Positions 1 to 13,473 of a stretch of DNA of 64,000 nt are shown in pieces. A program made the position numbers and the translations under genes. This DNA comes from Eledone cirrhosa (lineage: Eukaryota), in NCBI GenBank assembly GCA_964016885.1, contig OZ024740.1, forward strand, positions 29,326,001 to 29,390,000, read 5' to 3'. Under the pieces are notes generated by a model. The model ran no database searches and had not been told where the DNA came from. It worked only from the letters and a program-made list of their open reading frames with translations. How positions within the stretch are numbered: position 1 is the stretch's first letter; every line of letters starts with the position of its first letter.

Positions 1-30
1 TAAATATAGTTTCCATTTGTTAATATATTG
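1..30 (+). mobile_element. 3' terminal tail of a PLE related to family D (14.3-19.5 kb), cut by window edge
   Basis: taaatatagtttccattt matches the family D terminus at ~19480-19500 and is likewise followed by (TA)n. Confidence 0.5.
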
Positions 31-97
<67 letters not shown>

Positions 98-99
98 AC

Positions 100-1045
100 G
101 CCAACTAAACCCCCTCTTCATATCCGACTACATACCCATCTCTCTCACTCTCTCTTTCTCTCACACACACACAACGTCCCCTCTCTCCCTAAACCACAAA
201 ACTCTCTCCCTCTTTCTATGTCTTACTACATACCTCATATTCTCTCGCTCTCACAATTCCCCCTCTCTCACTAAACCAACAAATACTCTCCCGCTCTCTG
301 CCAATTCATACCTCATTCTCGTTCACAATTCCCCCTCATTACACCACCAAATTCTCTCTCCCTCATTATATTCCACTACATACCTCACTCTCTCTCACCC
401 TCACCAGGCCAATACTCTCTCTCCCCCTCGCTATATTCAACTATACACCTCAATCTCTCTCACAATACCCCCTCTCTCATAAGGTCAATAAACTCTCTCC
501 CCCTCTCTATAACCCACTACATACCTCACGCTCTCTCACAATACCCCCTCTCTCACTAGACCACCAAATTTCCTCCCCCTTTTTATATACCACTACATAC
601 TTCACACTCTCTCACAATTCCCTCTCTCTCACTAGAGCAACAATTTACCCCCCCCCCTCTCTATATTCCAATACATACCTCATACTCTCTCACTCTCACA
701 ATACCCTCTTTCTCACTAAACCAACAAATTCTCTCCCGCTCTCTATATACCTCACTCACTCTCACAGTTCCCCCTCTCTCACTAGACCACCAAATTCTTG
801 CCCCCTTTTTTATATCTTACTACATGCCTCACCCACTCTCACAACTCCCCCTCTCTCACTAAACCAACAAACTCTCCCCCTCAGTCTATTCCATTTACAT
901 TGCGCACTCTCTCTCAATTCTGTCTCTCTCACTAGACCACTAATCTATCTTCCCCTCTCTGTATCCCAATACATACCGCACTCTCTCTCACAATTCCTCT
1001 CTCTCATGAGACTACGAAATTATCTCTCCCTTTATTACACTACAC
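100..1045. repeat. Degenerate CT-rich minisatellite, unit ~60-65 bp
   Basis: Recurring cactacatacctcactctctcacaattccccctctctcactaaaccaccaaattctctccc-like unit, roughly 15 copies. Confidence 0.8.
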
Positions 1046-1311
1046 TATTTTATACTTTGAAACAACAAATATATTTTCATCTTCTGTAAAGAACGACAAA
1101 CTTCCCCATCCCCTCTCTAACTTTTTGAACACCTGGGCTGTGGAGGAGATCTTTTTTATGGTGTGCATTTGTAGAATTATTTGACAGGAGTTTAAAATAT
1201 GTTGTAGTGGAGGGTGGTGGTGGTGTAGCGGTGTTGGTAGTAGTGTTGTGGTGGTGGTTATGGTGGTGGTGTAGTATTATTGGTGGTGTTTATTTTGAAT
1301 CTATTTATCTA

Positions 1312-1620
1312 TCTATATACTACTTATACTCTGTCATTGTGTGTTTGTCTGTAATGTAATACTGCCAAAACGGCGCATAATGGGAAAGTACTTTGAAAGG
1401 AAGTTGCCGCTGAAATGAAAAGTTTCGCGTAAATCGGAGCACGGATTCCCGAGATATGGGGGTTTTCGGGTACCTTCATAAATAGGCAACAGCTCCGTGA
1501 TAACCAATAACCCCCTCTCTATATATATTATAACCCCCCTCTCTTTCTATATATTATAACCCTCTCTTTGTCTATATATTACTAGACTACACGTGACCCG
1601 TTGGATCACGTGTAGTCTAG
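1312..1620 (+). mobile_element. Non-autonomous Helitron-like element
   Basis: Starts A|TCTATATACT, has internal gtgtttgtctgt and aaaacggc motifs, a 3' hairpin (actagactacacgtga...tcacgtgtagtctagt) and ends CTAG|T. This fits the Helitron 5'-TC/3'-CTRR ends and A^T target. Confidence 0.6.
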
Positions 1621-1680
<60 letters not shown>

Positions 1681-1718
1681 TGTGTGTGTGTGCGTGTGTA
1701 TGCATATAATATATATTA

Positions 1719-1786
<68 letters not shown>

Positions 1787-3385
1787 GTACAGTATATGTA
1801 TATAACGTACAATCCGGCTTGGTCCTAGGGGATATACAGTACCGTAATCGGAGGAACAGAAACTTCAAGGGATGCTGGAATGTGAAATTCCAAAGATTGG
1901 ATTGGTGAAGGTCGGGCAAACGAAGGACCGTGTTGTGTGATTTTAATATCGTGAGTAAACAGGTAGAGAAAAGAAACAATATATACATGAGAGATCATGC
2001 TACCGGGATCTTATTCTTGCTCTCTCCTCCCCGTCACCACACCTTCACCTCTCCGTTCATCACCAGCACCACTACCCTCTCTGTCACCACACCTGCACCT
2101 GTCTATCCCTCACCAGCAGGATTAGATTTTGACGTTGAGGACCCCTCATACACCAAAAACTAAAACACAGCCCAACCCACCCAATTTTAGATATCAAAGT
2201 TAGCTTGGTGCAAGTAATTGGAATTGAAAAGTTATACATACAGGTATTAAATTAAAAAATTCTAACCATCCTAAAACTAAAAATCCCAGCTGAGGGCACA
2301 AATATATTGCTACAGCTGTCATTAGTGGGCCCTCCAACTGCAGGGGGCACAAGGAAATTTTCTCATTTGCCACCCATTAAATCCGGCCCTGCGCAACATA
2401 CCCCACCTCCTTCCCCCGATTACTCTGTAGCATCTTAGAAAACTAAAGTCAGTCTCGGCAATCTTGAAGTTCTCACCCATCTTTTATGAGACCCATTCTC
2501 CTCCTTAGACTGTGGCTCTAAAGAAATTGTATAGCAGGAAATTTGAATGGATCCAGCCCTGAATTACGAGACAACTAAGCGAACCTATTAACCACACAGC
2601 CAAGACTGTGTCCATAAATTTGGCCTTATATGGCCTGGTTGCACAAAAGTGCAATGCGTGTGAATGTACGTATTTATGCACGTTTGCGTGCATATTCGTA
2701 CGTTTTAAGCATATGTGCATGCAAACCTGTGAGCTTATATGGATGTGTGCATGCGTTTGTGTATGTGTGTGTGTGTGTTTGTGCGTGTATCTATATGCGT
2801 TTTGTGAGTTTGTGAGTGTGTGTGTCTTTGTGTGAGTGCCTGTGTGTCTCTGTGTATGTGTGTGTGTGTCTGTGTCCGTGTCTGTGTATGTGTATGTGTC
2901 TGTGTCTCTGTGTATGTGTGTTTCTCTGTGTCTGTGTATGTATATGTGTGCGTGTGTCTATATGTGTGTGTGTGAGTTTCTGCGTGTGAATCTCTATGAT
3001 TTTGTATAAATAATCGTGTGAACTGTTCACACTAAAAATACATCACTTAGTCAGGAGTTTTCAAAACACTAAAACCAGATTTGTAAAGCTATGTAATGTT
3101 CCATTTTGCAAGCAATCAGTTACATTTTGATACATACATACACCACATACATATAGACATAGTCAGACACACACACACTTATACAAATAAATACACACAC
3201 ACACATATATATATATGTATAATATAGATGTTATGTTCCATATATATATATGCATACATATGCTTGCGTCTATGCATATATGTATATATATATATATATA
3301 TATATGTATAATATAGATTTTAGGTTCCATATATATATAAACATACACATTTATGCATATATATGCTTGTCTCTATGCATATATG

Positions 3386-3420
<35 letters not shown>

Positions 3421-3434
3421 CTGAGTATCTCTCC

Positions 3435-3498
<64 letters not shown>

Positions 3499-4247
3499 GG
3501 AACCTAAAATCTATATTATATAAAGCACGAGTTGTTATTGCTGGAGGCAAAAATTATCGATTGCACAACAACAGCTGGTTGTCTTGGAGATTGTTCACTG
3601 CTGTTCGCTAAACTAGGACGTCGACGGAATTGACTCGCTGGGTTGTCATAGCAACAATGTGATTTGGTTAGCTGCCACATTTAGTTAAATTAGGACAGCT
3701 TTATTGAACTTGTGTCAGAAAAATATTTATTGTATTTTGGGGCTACCCTAATCACCCCCATCACAATGCTCACCATCACCTGCCTTGTCGTCTAGAACTT
3801 CGATCATGCTATGGATCTATATCTCTGGATGTTGTAATATTGGTTATAGCTGGATATGGAAATCACCTGTTAGATGTGGTTGAGGATAAAGGAATTTTAT
3901 GTAAAAAGTGGTGTATGAGTTAAGGGTGGACTTCATATAAATGTGTACAATTGCCTTCTGTGTTTTGTTCGTTCATTTCAACTATATATATATATTTCAA
4001 CTATATATATATATATATATATATATACGGGGTAATAAATTATTGTTATAGGTAGTTCACTTAGGTGTAGTCCAGTTATGGTACTCCGGGTAGTGGATGA
4101 TATCAACGCTTGGCTAAGTTTGACTCAACAAGGCGTTTCCATAGTGATGCTGCGAGTACGCTGTAATTCCTATGTTGTAAACACTTGGGGTAATAATAAA
4201 TCAGGAAAGAAGAGTGACACGGTTTGCTATACAAAAAAGGTTTTTAA

Positions 4248-4368
4248 TCTCATTGCTGACAATTGTTTCTCTGAACTGGTAGGTCTAGAGATCGCTATCC
4301 GCTTATTTTCACGTTACTCGATCGCCAATACAAAGTTATAACCAGTCAGTTCATTGGAGCTTGCGAGA
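4248..4368 (-). ncRNA. Hammerhead ribozyme motif with long stem II, core mutated to CCAATGA
   Basis: Reverse complement reads gct CCAATGA actga...tcaga GAAAC AATT GTC agc; mirror of 7150-7270. Confidence 0.6.
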
Positions 4369-4813
4369 ATGAAAAGAATATACAGGCATGAAAAGAATAT
4401 ACAGGCTACTATATGTAGTAGTAATGGCATTCAGTCAGAACAATATCAACAATGCTAGCAATAAATTATTTGAGATAATCACAACATCAATCTAGGTGTG
4501 AAGTATAGTATATCTATGATTTTAGCGTGTAAAACTAGCTGACAGATGTATAAAATTGACATGTAAAAACCGTTGTAGGGTGTATTATATCTAGTGTAAA
4601 GATAAGCTGCTGTCTTTAAACAATGTAGGTCAGGTGGCCGTAATAGTCGGTTTTTATCTGACAGATGAAGGATTTATCACTGTAGTGGAATTTGTGTGGT
4701 CTATATTAGATGAGAGGGCTGTCCAGCTTTCTCATCATCAATAACATACATGTATAAGACAACATTAACAAAGAAGCTAAATAATGGGTAAGTTAATACA
4801 GGGGTTAAGGAGG

Positions 4814-4875
<62 letters not shown>

Positions 4876-5214
4876 TACACACAAACATATATACATATAT
4901 ACGCATACACATACATACATACATATAAAGAGAAAACATGCTGACTATAATTATAGCAGGAGGAAGGTAAAGTTCTGTTGTAGTAGTATTTTGAAATGTT
5001 CTTGGATTTAGGATCAAGTGCTAACAGCAGCTGAGAAGAGATATGTTTATGGGTTGATGAGGTACTTACAGACATTAGTGTGGTATAGAACTAAGAAGGC
5101 TAGAATGTACTTAATGATTATATATCTGTGGTGGTTCGTGCAGAGTAGTGGGTATCCTAGTTGAAAGCTATGTTACGTCGGTTCGATTCACGGAGGTTTA
5201 AATCTTATGAATTT

Positions 5215-7130
5215 AGTGGCGATCCTGTGTCTGCAGAAGATAGATCTTTCTAACTTGTTGTTAAGTAACCTCTTTACATTTCTAAGGATATACAGTAGTT
5301 CTAGATCACATAGCCTACAGTGGGACATACCTGTACTGTAGGTTTTAGCGGCCGACAACCTCGACCAGTTGATACTGTAGTTAGTGTTGCTGTCCTTCAG
5401 TTCCCATATTTTTTGGCGAGGGTTGATTTTTCATCGAGTGCCTGTGCACATACCATCTTTTTTTAAAAGTACCCGCGGTGGATCCAATGTAATGCCAAGT
5501 GGAGTTGTCTGAGTTGACCGTACACATGTATACTAGGCTCGAATCGAGGCATCTATTCGCCAATGGGTACCTATCCGGTAGGTGACAGTTACAGTTTGAG
5601 GTGTTATTTCGTGCAGCTTCTACACTGCTGTTTAGTACACTGCTATAAGTGGGTTGTGATTCATGCCCGTTGGGGTTTTGTTGCTGCGCGCTTGTATGAG
5701 CTTGCGGTTGTGATACTGTGATGTGTTTATGCTTATAATTTGGTGCTATGTTGCGCATAGGTGGGGCTGATTCCCTAGAGATATTTCTGTGGTTGATCTT
5801 GCGTATGTCCGATTCTATATTTGCTGCCGTAGAGTATGAGAGTTTTATAGTATTTCTATTGAGTATTTTATGATATCTATGTGAAATAGGGAAGTGTTTA
5901 TCTATTAGTTTAAAGAATGTAGAAGGCAGTCTGGTTTTTACAGAGGAGTTGAAGATTGGGTTGAACCATAGGTATTTTCTTTCTCTGATTCTTCTATTGT
6001 TTCTTGGGTTTACGTTATTAGTGTTTTGACCGTTCACTCTAGGTGCTACGTGCCTAATCCTATGTCTAGTCCAGTTACCTCTAATTTTGTGTGAGCGGTT
6101 GGTATAGTTGTTATTAGGTGTGTTTAAGTTGTCTTTATTCGCTATACACTGCAGTTTATCTTTATGTCCGGCCCTATGTAATGCTGCGTGTTTAGTTAGC
6201 ATGTTCGTGAAAGATTTCTAGATTTGAGGATAAGCGGGATATTCTAAGGGATATACTACATGCTATGGATCTGACTATGGATTTGGGGTGGTTTGAGTTA
6301 TAACTAATGTAGGTTAGATTTTCATTGTTTTTGTGGAAAGGTTCTATTAATCCCGTATTTATATTTAGAGTCACATCTAGAAAGTTTACCTTCTTATGGT
6401 TCAGTTCCTAGGTAATACTTAGGCCTAGTTTTTTTAAGAATGTTCTAATGTTTTTTTCTTAATCGTTCCATGCTCTTAGCTATAAGGAGCGTGTCGTCTC
6501 TATAAATCCCTCCTTGGAGGTTACTGAATTCATTATGTGGGTTGTGTGCTATGAATAGACCCACGATGTCAGTGATTTGCGCAGAGTCATTTGATCCCAT
6601 TGTTATATCGAAACTGTTTATCCTATCTCTTCTTACCCAGTAGCTATTTTCAAATTTTATGATAGTCCTTCTAGCCGCTATTATTATTTCAATTTCCTCA
6701 GGGGTAAGACCGGAGTTCTTTTGGGCAAATATAAGCGCTTTATCTAGGGTGGCTGGGGATATGGATGCATAGTTGTCGTCTATATCAAATTGTATGAAGT
6801 TACACGTCTCCCTATTTTGTATTTTATTGAACCATTCAATCGCCTCGTTAGTGTTACCCCATAAATTGATTTCTAGTTTACCCTTTATTTGTGCGATTAC
6901 CCTATCTAGAATGTTCTTGCTAATTTTGCCTATGTCTGACTTAGATGGGCATATTAATCTAATAGTAGGGTTTGTTTCAAAATTATTTTTGTGATCCTTC
7001 AGGTTAAATGTGGGGTTGCATGGGGTTAAAAGCTCGGTCCTATCGCGAATTCCGTGTTTATTTACTATCCTGAGGCCCTCCACGTTAATGCTGGTGAGTG
7101 TAGATTCATTTTTTTTTTTTTTGTATTTAG
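5215..7130 (-). pseudogene. Frameshifted PLE RT-GIY-YIG polyprotein of family A
   Basis: ORF fragments 6445-7155, 6192-6374 and 5381-6202 join into one PLE ORF with frameshifts. C-terminal CRLC..E...LLN...C.H motif lies at ~5230-5330. Confidence 0.85.
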
Positions 7131-7132
7131 AG

Positions 7133-7320
7133 CTGTATATTCTTTTCATTCTCACAAGCTCCGATGAACTGACTGTTTATAACTTTGTATTGGTGATCGA
7201 GTAACGTGAAAATAAGCGGATAGCGATCTCTAGACCTACCAGTTCAGAGAAACAATTGTCAGCAATGAGATTAAAAACCTTTTTTGTATAGCAAACCGTG
7301 TCACTCTTCTTTCCTGATTT
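7133..7320 (+). mobile_element. Inverted pLTR copy capping the 5'-truncated end of family A
   Basis: Near-exact reverse complement of 4198-4385; ends in (TA)n at 7321. Confidence 0.9.
7150..7270 (+). ncRNA. Type I hammerhead ribozyme with ~80-nt stem II
   Basis: tctca..gct CCGATGA (7161-67) actgactg...cagttcaga GAAAC (7249-53) AATT GTC^ agc..tgaga. Confidence 0.75.
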
Positions 7321-7614
7321 ATATATATATATATATATATATATAAATGTAATCTGAGTTTTTCGAATATTAATAATAATATTCGATTCGTTGGCAATTA
7401 TGCAAACAACCCTCATTTTTAAAGCCATGTCAGTAGAATGAGTCCATCATTCTTGTTCTTGTGCTGGAATGTAAACAGAACTGTAGAAAGTAATGTTTCT
7501 GGGCATTACTCTTCATCAGTATAGTTCACAGTTCACCTGCTAACTGTGAGAGCTAGTGAAAATATATATATCTTCTCAAATATACAGTGACTGATCGGCC
7601 TGATCAGTCAGATA

Positions 7615-7667
<53 letters not shown>

Positions 7668-7674
<7 letters not shown>

Positions 7675-7948
7675 GTCTTAAGCCAGAAGGCTCATTTGGC
7701 CGGTGCTTATCCCGGTTTCATGGCGCGAAGCGACTAAGAGTAAAAGACCCCCCCCCCCCCCTGGACAGGACACCAGTCCATCGCAGGGTTAAACCTCCAG
7801 ATATTGCTGGTACTCATTTTCAGCTGAGTATACTGGACCAACGTGAAATAAAATGTTTTGCTCAAGAACACAAAATGCAACCCAGGAATCGAACCCACGA
7901 CATTATGATCGTAAATCCAACACCCTTACCACTAGGCCACGTGCCTCT
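7668..7948 (-). mobile_element. tRNA-derived SINE
   Basis: Reverse complement has A box TGGCCTAGTGG and B box GGTTCGATTCC, then tgtgttcttgagcaaaacattttatttcacgttg. Related copies at 31.0 and 46.4 kb. Confidence 0.8.
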
Positions 7949-7959
7949 ACGATATTTAT

Positions 7960-8017
<58 letters not shown>

Positions 8018-8182
8018 AGGTTCACCAGACTGATCATTCGACGAGTTTTTGATGCCAAAGTCAGGCTAGATCGATACTGACCAAACCTTATGCTGATCGA
8101 TAGCGAAACGCACGTCACTATTCAGTAAATGTAATGGAGACATAATAAATCGTCCTTTTTATTATATATATATATATATATA

Positions 8183-8487
8183 TATTGTTATACTTGGGTA
8201 GGGTCATATTGTTATAATATTGCCAGAAATAAAAACAGAACACACTCACTGTTTGGTTGGTTTTCACTTCTGTATCTTTTATATCTTCAAGTATAACAAT
8301 ATTTGTTTCGACACACGATTTCATATAAAAATTTTGCAAAACAAATATATAAAACAAACAAATAAACCGGCTTGAGCTCTGCCATCGGGGTCTTGAACAT
8401 TTTCCTATTACCCACTGTACTACCCTAAGTATTGAGTACTCTGGTGCGTTATGGTCCTCCTGGTTCCTTACCTCACTTTCTTCGTTA
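8183..8487. mobile_element. Short diverged PLE terminal fragments (mini family-B-like foldback plus family C tail)
   Basis: attgttatactt (8184) / aagtataacaat (8290) form an inverted pair. 8365-8487 is homologous to 40880-41000. Flanked by (TA)n. Confidence 0.6.
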
Positions 8488-8509
8488 TATATATATATAT
8501 ATATATATA

Positions 8510-9240
8510 TTTCGTTTCTGAATTTGTTTAGCAAGATTCTTTATCTGAAAACGTGTGTTGAAACCGATATTGTTATACTTTGGGAGGGTCATGTTGCCAA
8601 TAAGAAACACACGCACCAGTTGCTTTCACTCCAATTTATTATAAATAAAATTTATAAATTTAAGAATTTATAAATTTCCGGTTGGTTGTTTGGTTCCACA
8701 ACCGGACGGTTGTTCATATATTGTCAAAGTTCTTTCGTCACACTTTCTGTGACCTCTTCAGTGACTGGGGATTCTTCTCTTTGTTTTGTGCCTCTCCTTT
8801 GTTCTGTCCTATTTGTTATGGCCATCTTGTTTTTGTGTGTGTTGTGTGTTTCGTTTGCGCATGTGTTATATCCGGGTGTCTGTGTGTGTTTATATTTGTT
8901 TATTTATTTGTTTATTTACATGTTACTGGTTAGTTGTGTGTTCTATGTGTGTGTGTTTTCATTTTGTCCTTAATTGTAAGTTGTGATGTTGCTATGCCAT
9001 TCATGTTTTCTATTTAATTTTGGTTGGAGTTCATTTATGTTTATTGCTTCTGTGATTTGTCTAAACATTGCGTCTTTTCTGTGTGTATTTATATGACAAT
9101 ATATAAACAACCGTCCGATTGTGGAACCAACCAACCAACAGGAAATTTATAAATTCTTAAATTTATAATAAATTGGAGTGAAGCAACTGGTGCGTGTGTT
9201 TCTTATTGGCAACATGACCCTCCCAAAGTATAACAATATA
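8510..9240. mobile_element. PLE family B head-to-head pair (minus arm 8510-9087, plus arm 9094-9240)
   Basis: Both arms match the family B terminal region seen at 10.5-13.5, 35.4-36.9 and 44.0-44.7 kb. Both outer ends abut TA runs. Confidence 0.9.
8723..8765 (-). ncRNA. Minimal hammerhead ribozyme motif (family B)
   Basis: Reverse complement: gtca CTGAAGA g gtcaca..gtgac GAAA GAAC TT^ tgac. Confidence 0.65.
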
Positions 9241-9249
9241 TATATATGA

Positions 9250-10470
9250 GAGAGTATTGAAGTTTGCTTGAAGCATTGTGGAACAATAAGTAAATAACTT
9301 TAAGTCGTTTGGAAGCCTCGACAATGCAAATGGGTAAATCTCCGGGTAACAAGGTCCGGTGGTGGAGAGAGAGATGTAAGTGGGTGTACGTTGAGATGCG
9401 TGGTGTGTATAAGATGTGTGAGATGTGTAGAATGAAGAGTATAAAGGATAGAATAAAAATAACAACACAAGAGAGAGTTACCTTGGGAGAGATTTAATAG
9501 TCCCTATATATTTCGGATTCACATCCATCAACTGGGTTTTTTCCGGGGTGGGGGAAAAGGTTGTCTGTCGGACAGGTCCGGAATGCGTCCTTCGCTGTTT
9601 GTTGTTTTGAATATCTGAGGTATTCGGCAGAGCGCGCGTGCGCGTGAAATGGGGTCGGTCGTACAGAGGTCAGCGGCCGAATAAGGGAGCGGGAAGGCGC
9701 TAGCTGTCAGTCCATTCTCTGCCTGTTTGTTAAATGTTACTGTGTGTGTGTGTGCGTGTGTTGTTGTCTCGCTTGAGTGTGTGTGTGTGTGTGTGCGTGT
9801 GTTATTGCCTTGTTCCTCTGTATTGACAGTGTAGTATGTTCGTATGGTGGAATGCTACTGTGTGTGTGTGCGTGTGTGTGTGTAGTTGTCTCGTTTGCGT
9901 GTGTGTGTGTGCGTGTGTTGTGTGTTGTTGCATCGCTTGTTAACTTAAACGAGCAATCTCATTTCGCTTCTCTCTGATCGGTTGTTTATTTGCGGTAGCA
10001 TTCGTTTGATAAAAAGCGCTTCCTTGATACGTAACGTGCCGACGTTTCTTTCAGTCGCTAGAATTGTGACAATGGGCCTTCCGTCTTTGTTTCCGCATTT
10101 GTCTATGTGTTTCCGGAAAGACGATGCCCCGGTTTTAGTGTGTTCCTTGATCCGGATGTGCAAAGGTCGAATTGTGCTACCTATGTAGTATTGGTTGCAC
10201 CTGTCACATTCTATCTTATACACGACGTATGTGCGTAGGCAACAGTTCGCATGGCGTATCGGGCAGTCTCTGAGGGAGCATGCGTCAGTAGATTTTTCGG
10301 GTTTCTTGGAGAGGCATCTTCGCAGGGAGGGGCCCGAGTGGGCCAGGTGGATGTCGAGGCCCTCCCTCCGTATAGCCTTGCGGATAGCGGTGGTGGTTTT
10401 CTCGCTCAGGTGTGGCATTTTAAGGAAGCACTTGCCTTGGGTGCTTCTCTATCTCTTGCGTCTGGTGTCT
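9250..10470 (-). mobile_element. PLE 3' fragment: GIY-YIG endonuclease plus 3' UTR (separate family)
   Basis: ORF 9945-10418 with C..C..C linker, VVYKIEC..C.QYYIGSTIRPL..RIKEH and EAL.IK...PQIN. HHR relic at 9502-9536 (ttgat ggat gtga atcc GAAA TATA TA). Confidence 0.85.
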
Positions 10471-10475
10471 CCTAT

Positions 10476-10558
<83 letters not shown>

Positions 10559-10704
10559 ATACTTTGGGAGGGTCATGTTGCCAATAAGAAACACACGCAC
10601 CAGTTGCTTTTACTTCAATTTATTATAATAAATTTATAAATTTAGGAATTTATAAATTTCCGGTTGGTTGGTTGGTTCCACAACCAGATGGCTGTTTATA
10701 TATT

Positions 10705-10747
10705 GTGAAAGTTCTTTCGTCACACATTCTGTGACCTCTTCAGTGAC
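10705..10747 (-). ncRNA. Minimal hammerhead ribozyme motif (family B)
   Basis: Reverse complement CTGAAGA-stem II-GAAA GAAC TT. Confidence 0.6.
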
Positions 10748-13303
10748 TGGGGATTCTTTTTTTTGTTTGTTGTGCCTCACCTTTGTTCTGTCCTACGCCA
10801 TCTTGTTTTTGTGTGTGTGTTGTGTTCTTAGTTTGCGCATGCATGTGTTACATCCGGGTGTCTGTGTGTGTTTATATTCGTTTATTTATTTGTTTATTTA
10901 CATGTTACTGGTTGGTTGTTTGTTCTATGTGCGTGTCTGTTTTCATTTTGTGCTTAATTCTAAGTTGTGATGTTGCTGTTCCACTCATGTTTTCTATTTA
11001 ATTTTGGTTGTAATTCATTTATGTTTATTGCCTCTGTGATTTGTCTAAACATTGCGTCTTTTCTGTGTGTAGATTCTATTTTTATTTCTATGTTCTCTAA
11101 TTTACCCTTATGTTATATTTTAGCATGTTGGTAGAGTACAGATGATTCTTTACTATATTGACGGTCTCACTAGTGTTCATTTATCCGTTCCCCTACACTA
11201 CGAGCTGTCTCATCTATGTACACTATATTTTTAACTCTACATTGTCCTTCAGTACATCTTATGCTATATACTACATTTCTAGTTTTACAGTTAATATGGG
11301 GGCTTAATTTACAGATTATACATTTCTTATCTATACAGGGAGGTCTTTGAAAAGGGTATGTCTTGCTAATAAGTGTTTTTATGGAGGTACCTGGTCTTTC
11401 TACTATCTTAATATTGAGTTTATGTTTATCTAGGGCCCTTCTAAATTTGTAAGCTAATTCACCTCTAGGGTTGTATCGATGAACATTACACTCTGGTATT
11501 TATTGCTATCATACCATGAGTTTATTCTATTAGCCTTATTCCTAGTTCTTTCTATTCTATTCCAAAATTTGCTCCTATACAAGGGGCAGGTCCCATTTGT
11601 GTCATTATTTACCATTTTTTCCCATTTGGTTCTGGCTCCTCTATACACTCAGATTTTATCTCTCTGATTGTAACCAGAGAACTGCATACGTAGGATGAAG
11701 TGTTGTATGTGTCTCTCTAGTTCTTCGGGGTTGAATATGCGGGACACGTTTCTCATCACCCGTACCAAATCCGCAATCAGTATGTTGATTTTGGTATGGT
11801 CCGAAACAGCTGAGTTTCGGTGGATCAGATATTTGGAAGTCATGTGTTTGGCATAATGGGAATGGAGGATTTGTTTTTTGTTATTAATGGTATCTAACCA
11901 GAGCTCTGTGTCTAGTACAGGTAATCGATGTTTGGGGTGTTTGCTTGGGTAGTCTATAGTAACTCTAATACTCTGGTGGATTGAGTTAGCTATTTGCTGG
12001 ATACTTTCCATTGTGATTTTCTCTAATTACTGACTGTTCTCTAGTGGGGGTGTTTTAACTACGATGTTTATATCATCAACGTAGCGGGAGTACATTATCG
12101 GGGTTAAGGGGTCTTCTAATTGTTCTTTAAGTTTAAGTTTAAGTCTACTGTCCCACCATACGATGAATAGGTTAGCTATGTCGCCTGCAATGCTAACACC
12201 AATGGCTGCTCCCTCCTCTTGGGCATATGTTTTTCCATTAAATTTGAACATATGTTCCTTAAGGGTTAATTTTATGCTATTGCGGATTTAGTACGGGTGA
12301 TGAGAAACGTGTCCCGCATGTGCAACCCCGAAGAACTAGAGAGACACATATAACACTTCATCCACCGTATGCAGTTCTCTGGTTACAATCAGAGAGATAA
12401 AATCAGAGTGTATAGAGGAGCCAGAACCAAATGGGAAAAAATGGTAAATAATGACACAAATGGGACCTGCCCCTTGTATAAGAGCAAATTTTGGAATAGA
12501 ATAGAAAGAACTAGGAATAAGGCTAATAGAATAAACTCATGGTATGATAGCAATAAATACCAGAGTGTAATGTTCATCGATACAACCCCTAGAGGTGAAT
12601 TAGCTTACAAATTTAGAAGGGCCCTAGATAAACATAAACTCAATATTAAGATAGTAGCATGACCAGGTACCTCCATAAAAACACTTATTATTAAGACATA
12701 CCCTTTTCAAAGACCTCCCTGTATAGATAAGAAATGTATAATCTGTAAATTAAGCCCTCATATTAACTGTAAAACTAGAAATGTAGTATATAGCATAAGA
12801 TGTACTGAAGGACAATGTAGAGATAAGAATATAGTGTACATAGGTGAGACAGCTCGTAGTATAGGGCAAAGGATAAATGAACACTGGCGAGACCTTCAAG
12901 ATAGTAAAGAATCATCTGTACTCTACCAACATGCTAAAATAGAACATAAGGGTAAATTAGAGAACATAGAAATAAAAATAGAATCTACACACAGAATAGA
13001 CGCAATGTTTAGACACATCACAGAGGCAATAAACATAAATGAACTCCAACCAAAATTAAATAGAAAACATGAGTGGAACAGCAACATCACAACTTAGAAT
13101 TAAGCACAAAATGAAAACAGACACGCACATAGAACAAACAACCAACCAGTAACATGTAAATAAACAAATAAATAAACGAATATAAACACACACAGACACC
13201 CGGATGTAACACATGCGCAAACTAAGCACACAACACATACAAAAACAAGATGGCGTAGGACAGAACAAAGGTGAGGCACAAAAAATAAAGAAAAGAATCC
13301 CCA

Positions 13304-13346
13304 GTCACTGAAGAGGTCACATAATGTGTGAAGAAAGAACTTTGAC
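13304..13346 (+). ncRNA. Minimal hammerhead ribozyme motif (family B)
   Basis: gtca CTGAAGA ggtcacataatgtgtgaa GAAA GAAC TT^ tgac. Confidence 0.6.
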
Positions 13347-13473
13347 AATACATAAACAACCAACTGGTTGTGGAACCAACCAACCAACCGGAAATTTATA
13401 AATTTATTATAATAAATTGAAGTGAAAGCAACTGGTGCGTGTGTTTCTTATTGGCAACATGACCCTCCCAAAG

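Larger units (their letters stand above)
4028..7132 (-). mobile_element. PLE family A (Naiad-like), 5'-truncated, with 3' UTR/pLTR
   Basis: Minus-strand RT (FIQFDIDDNY, FDITMGSND, GGIYRDD), thumb (SNHPKSI, WFNP), CNC..PL...C linker and GIY-YIG (LVY...YIGST). Bounded by (TA)n at ~4003-4027. Confidence 0.9.

Noticed and set aside
3642-3655. RFX X-box-like palindrome GTTGTCATAGCAAC
   Set aside because: Good motif match, but no associated gene or TSS evidence; it may belong to a repeat.
7668-7948. tRNA gene
   Set aside because: The A/B boxes continue into a SINE body shared with other copies, and there is no complete cloverleaf.
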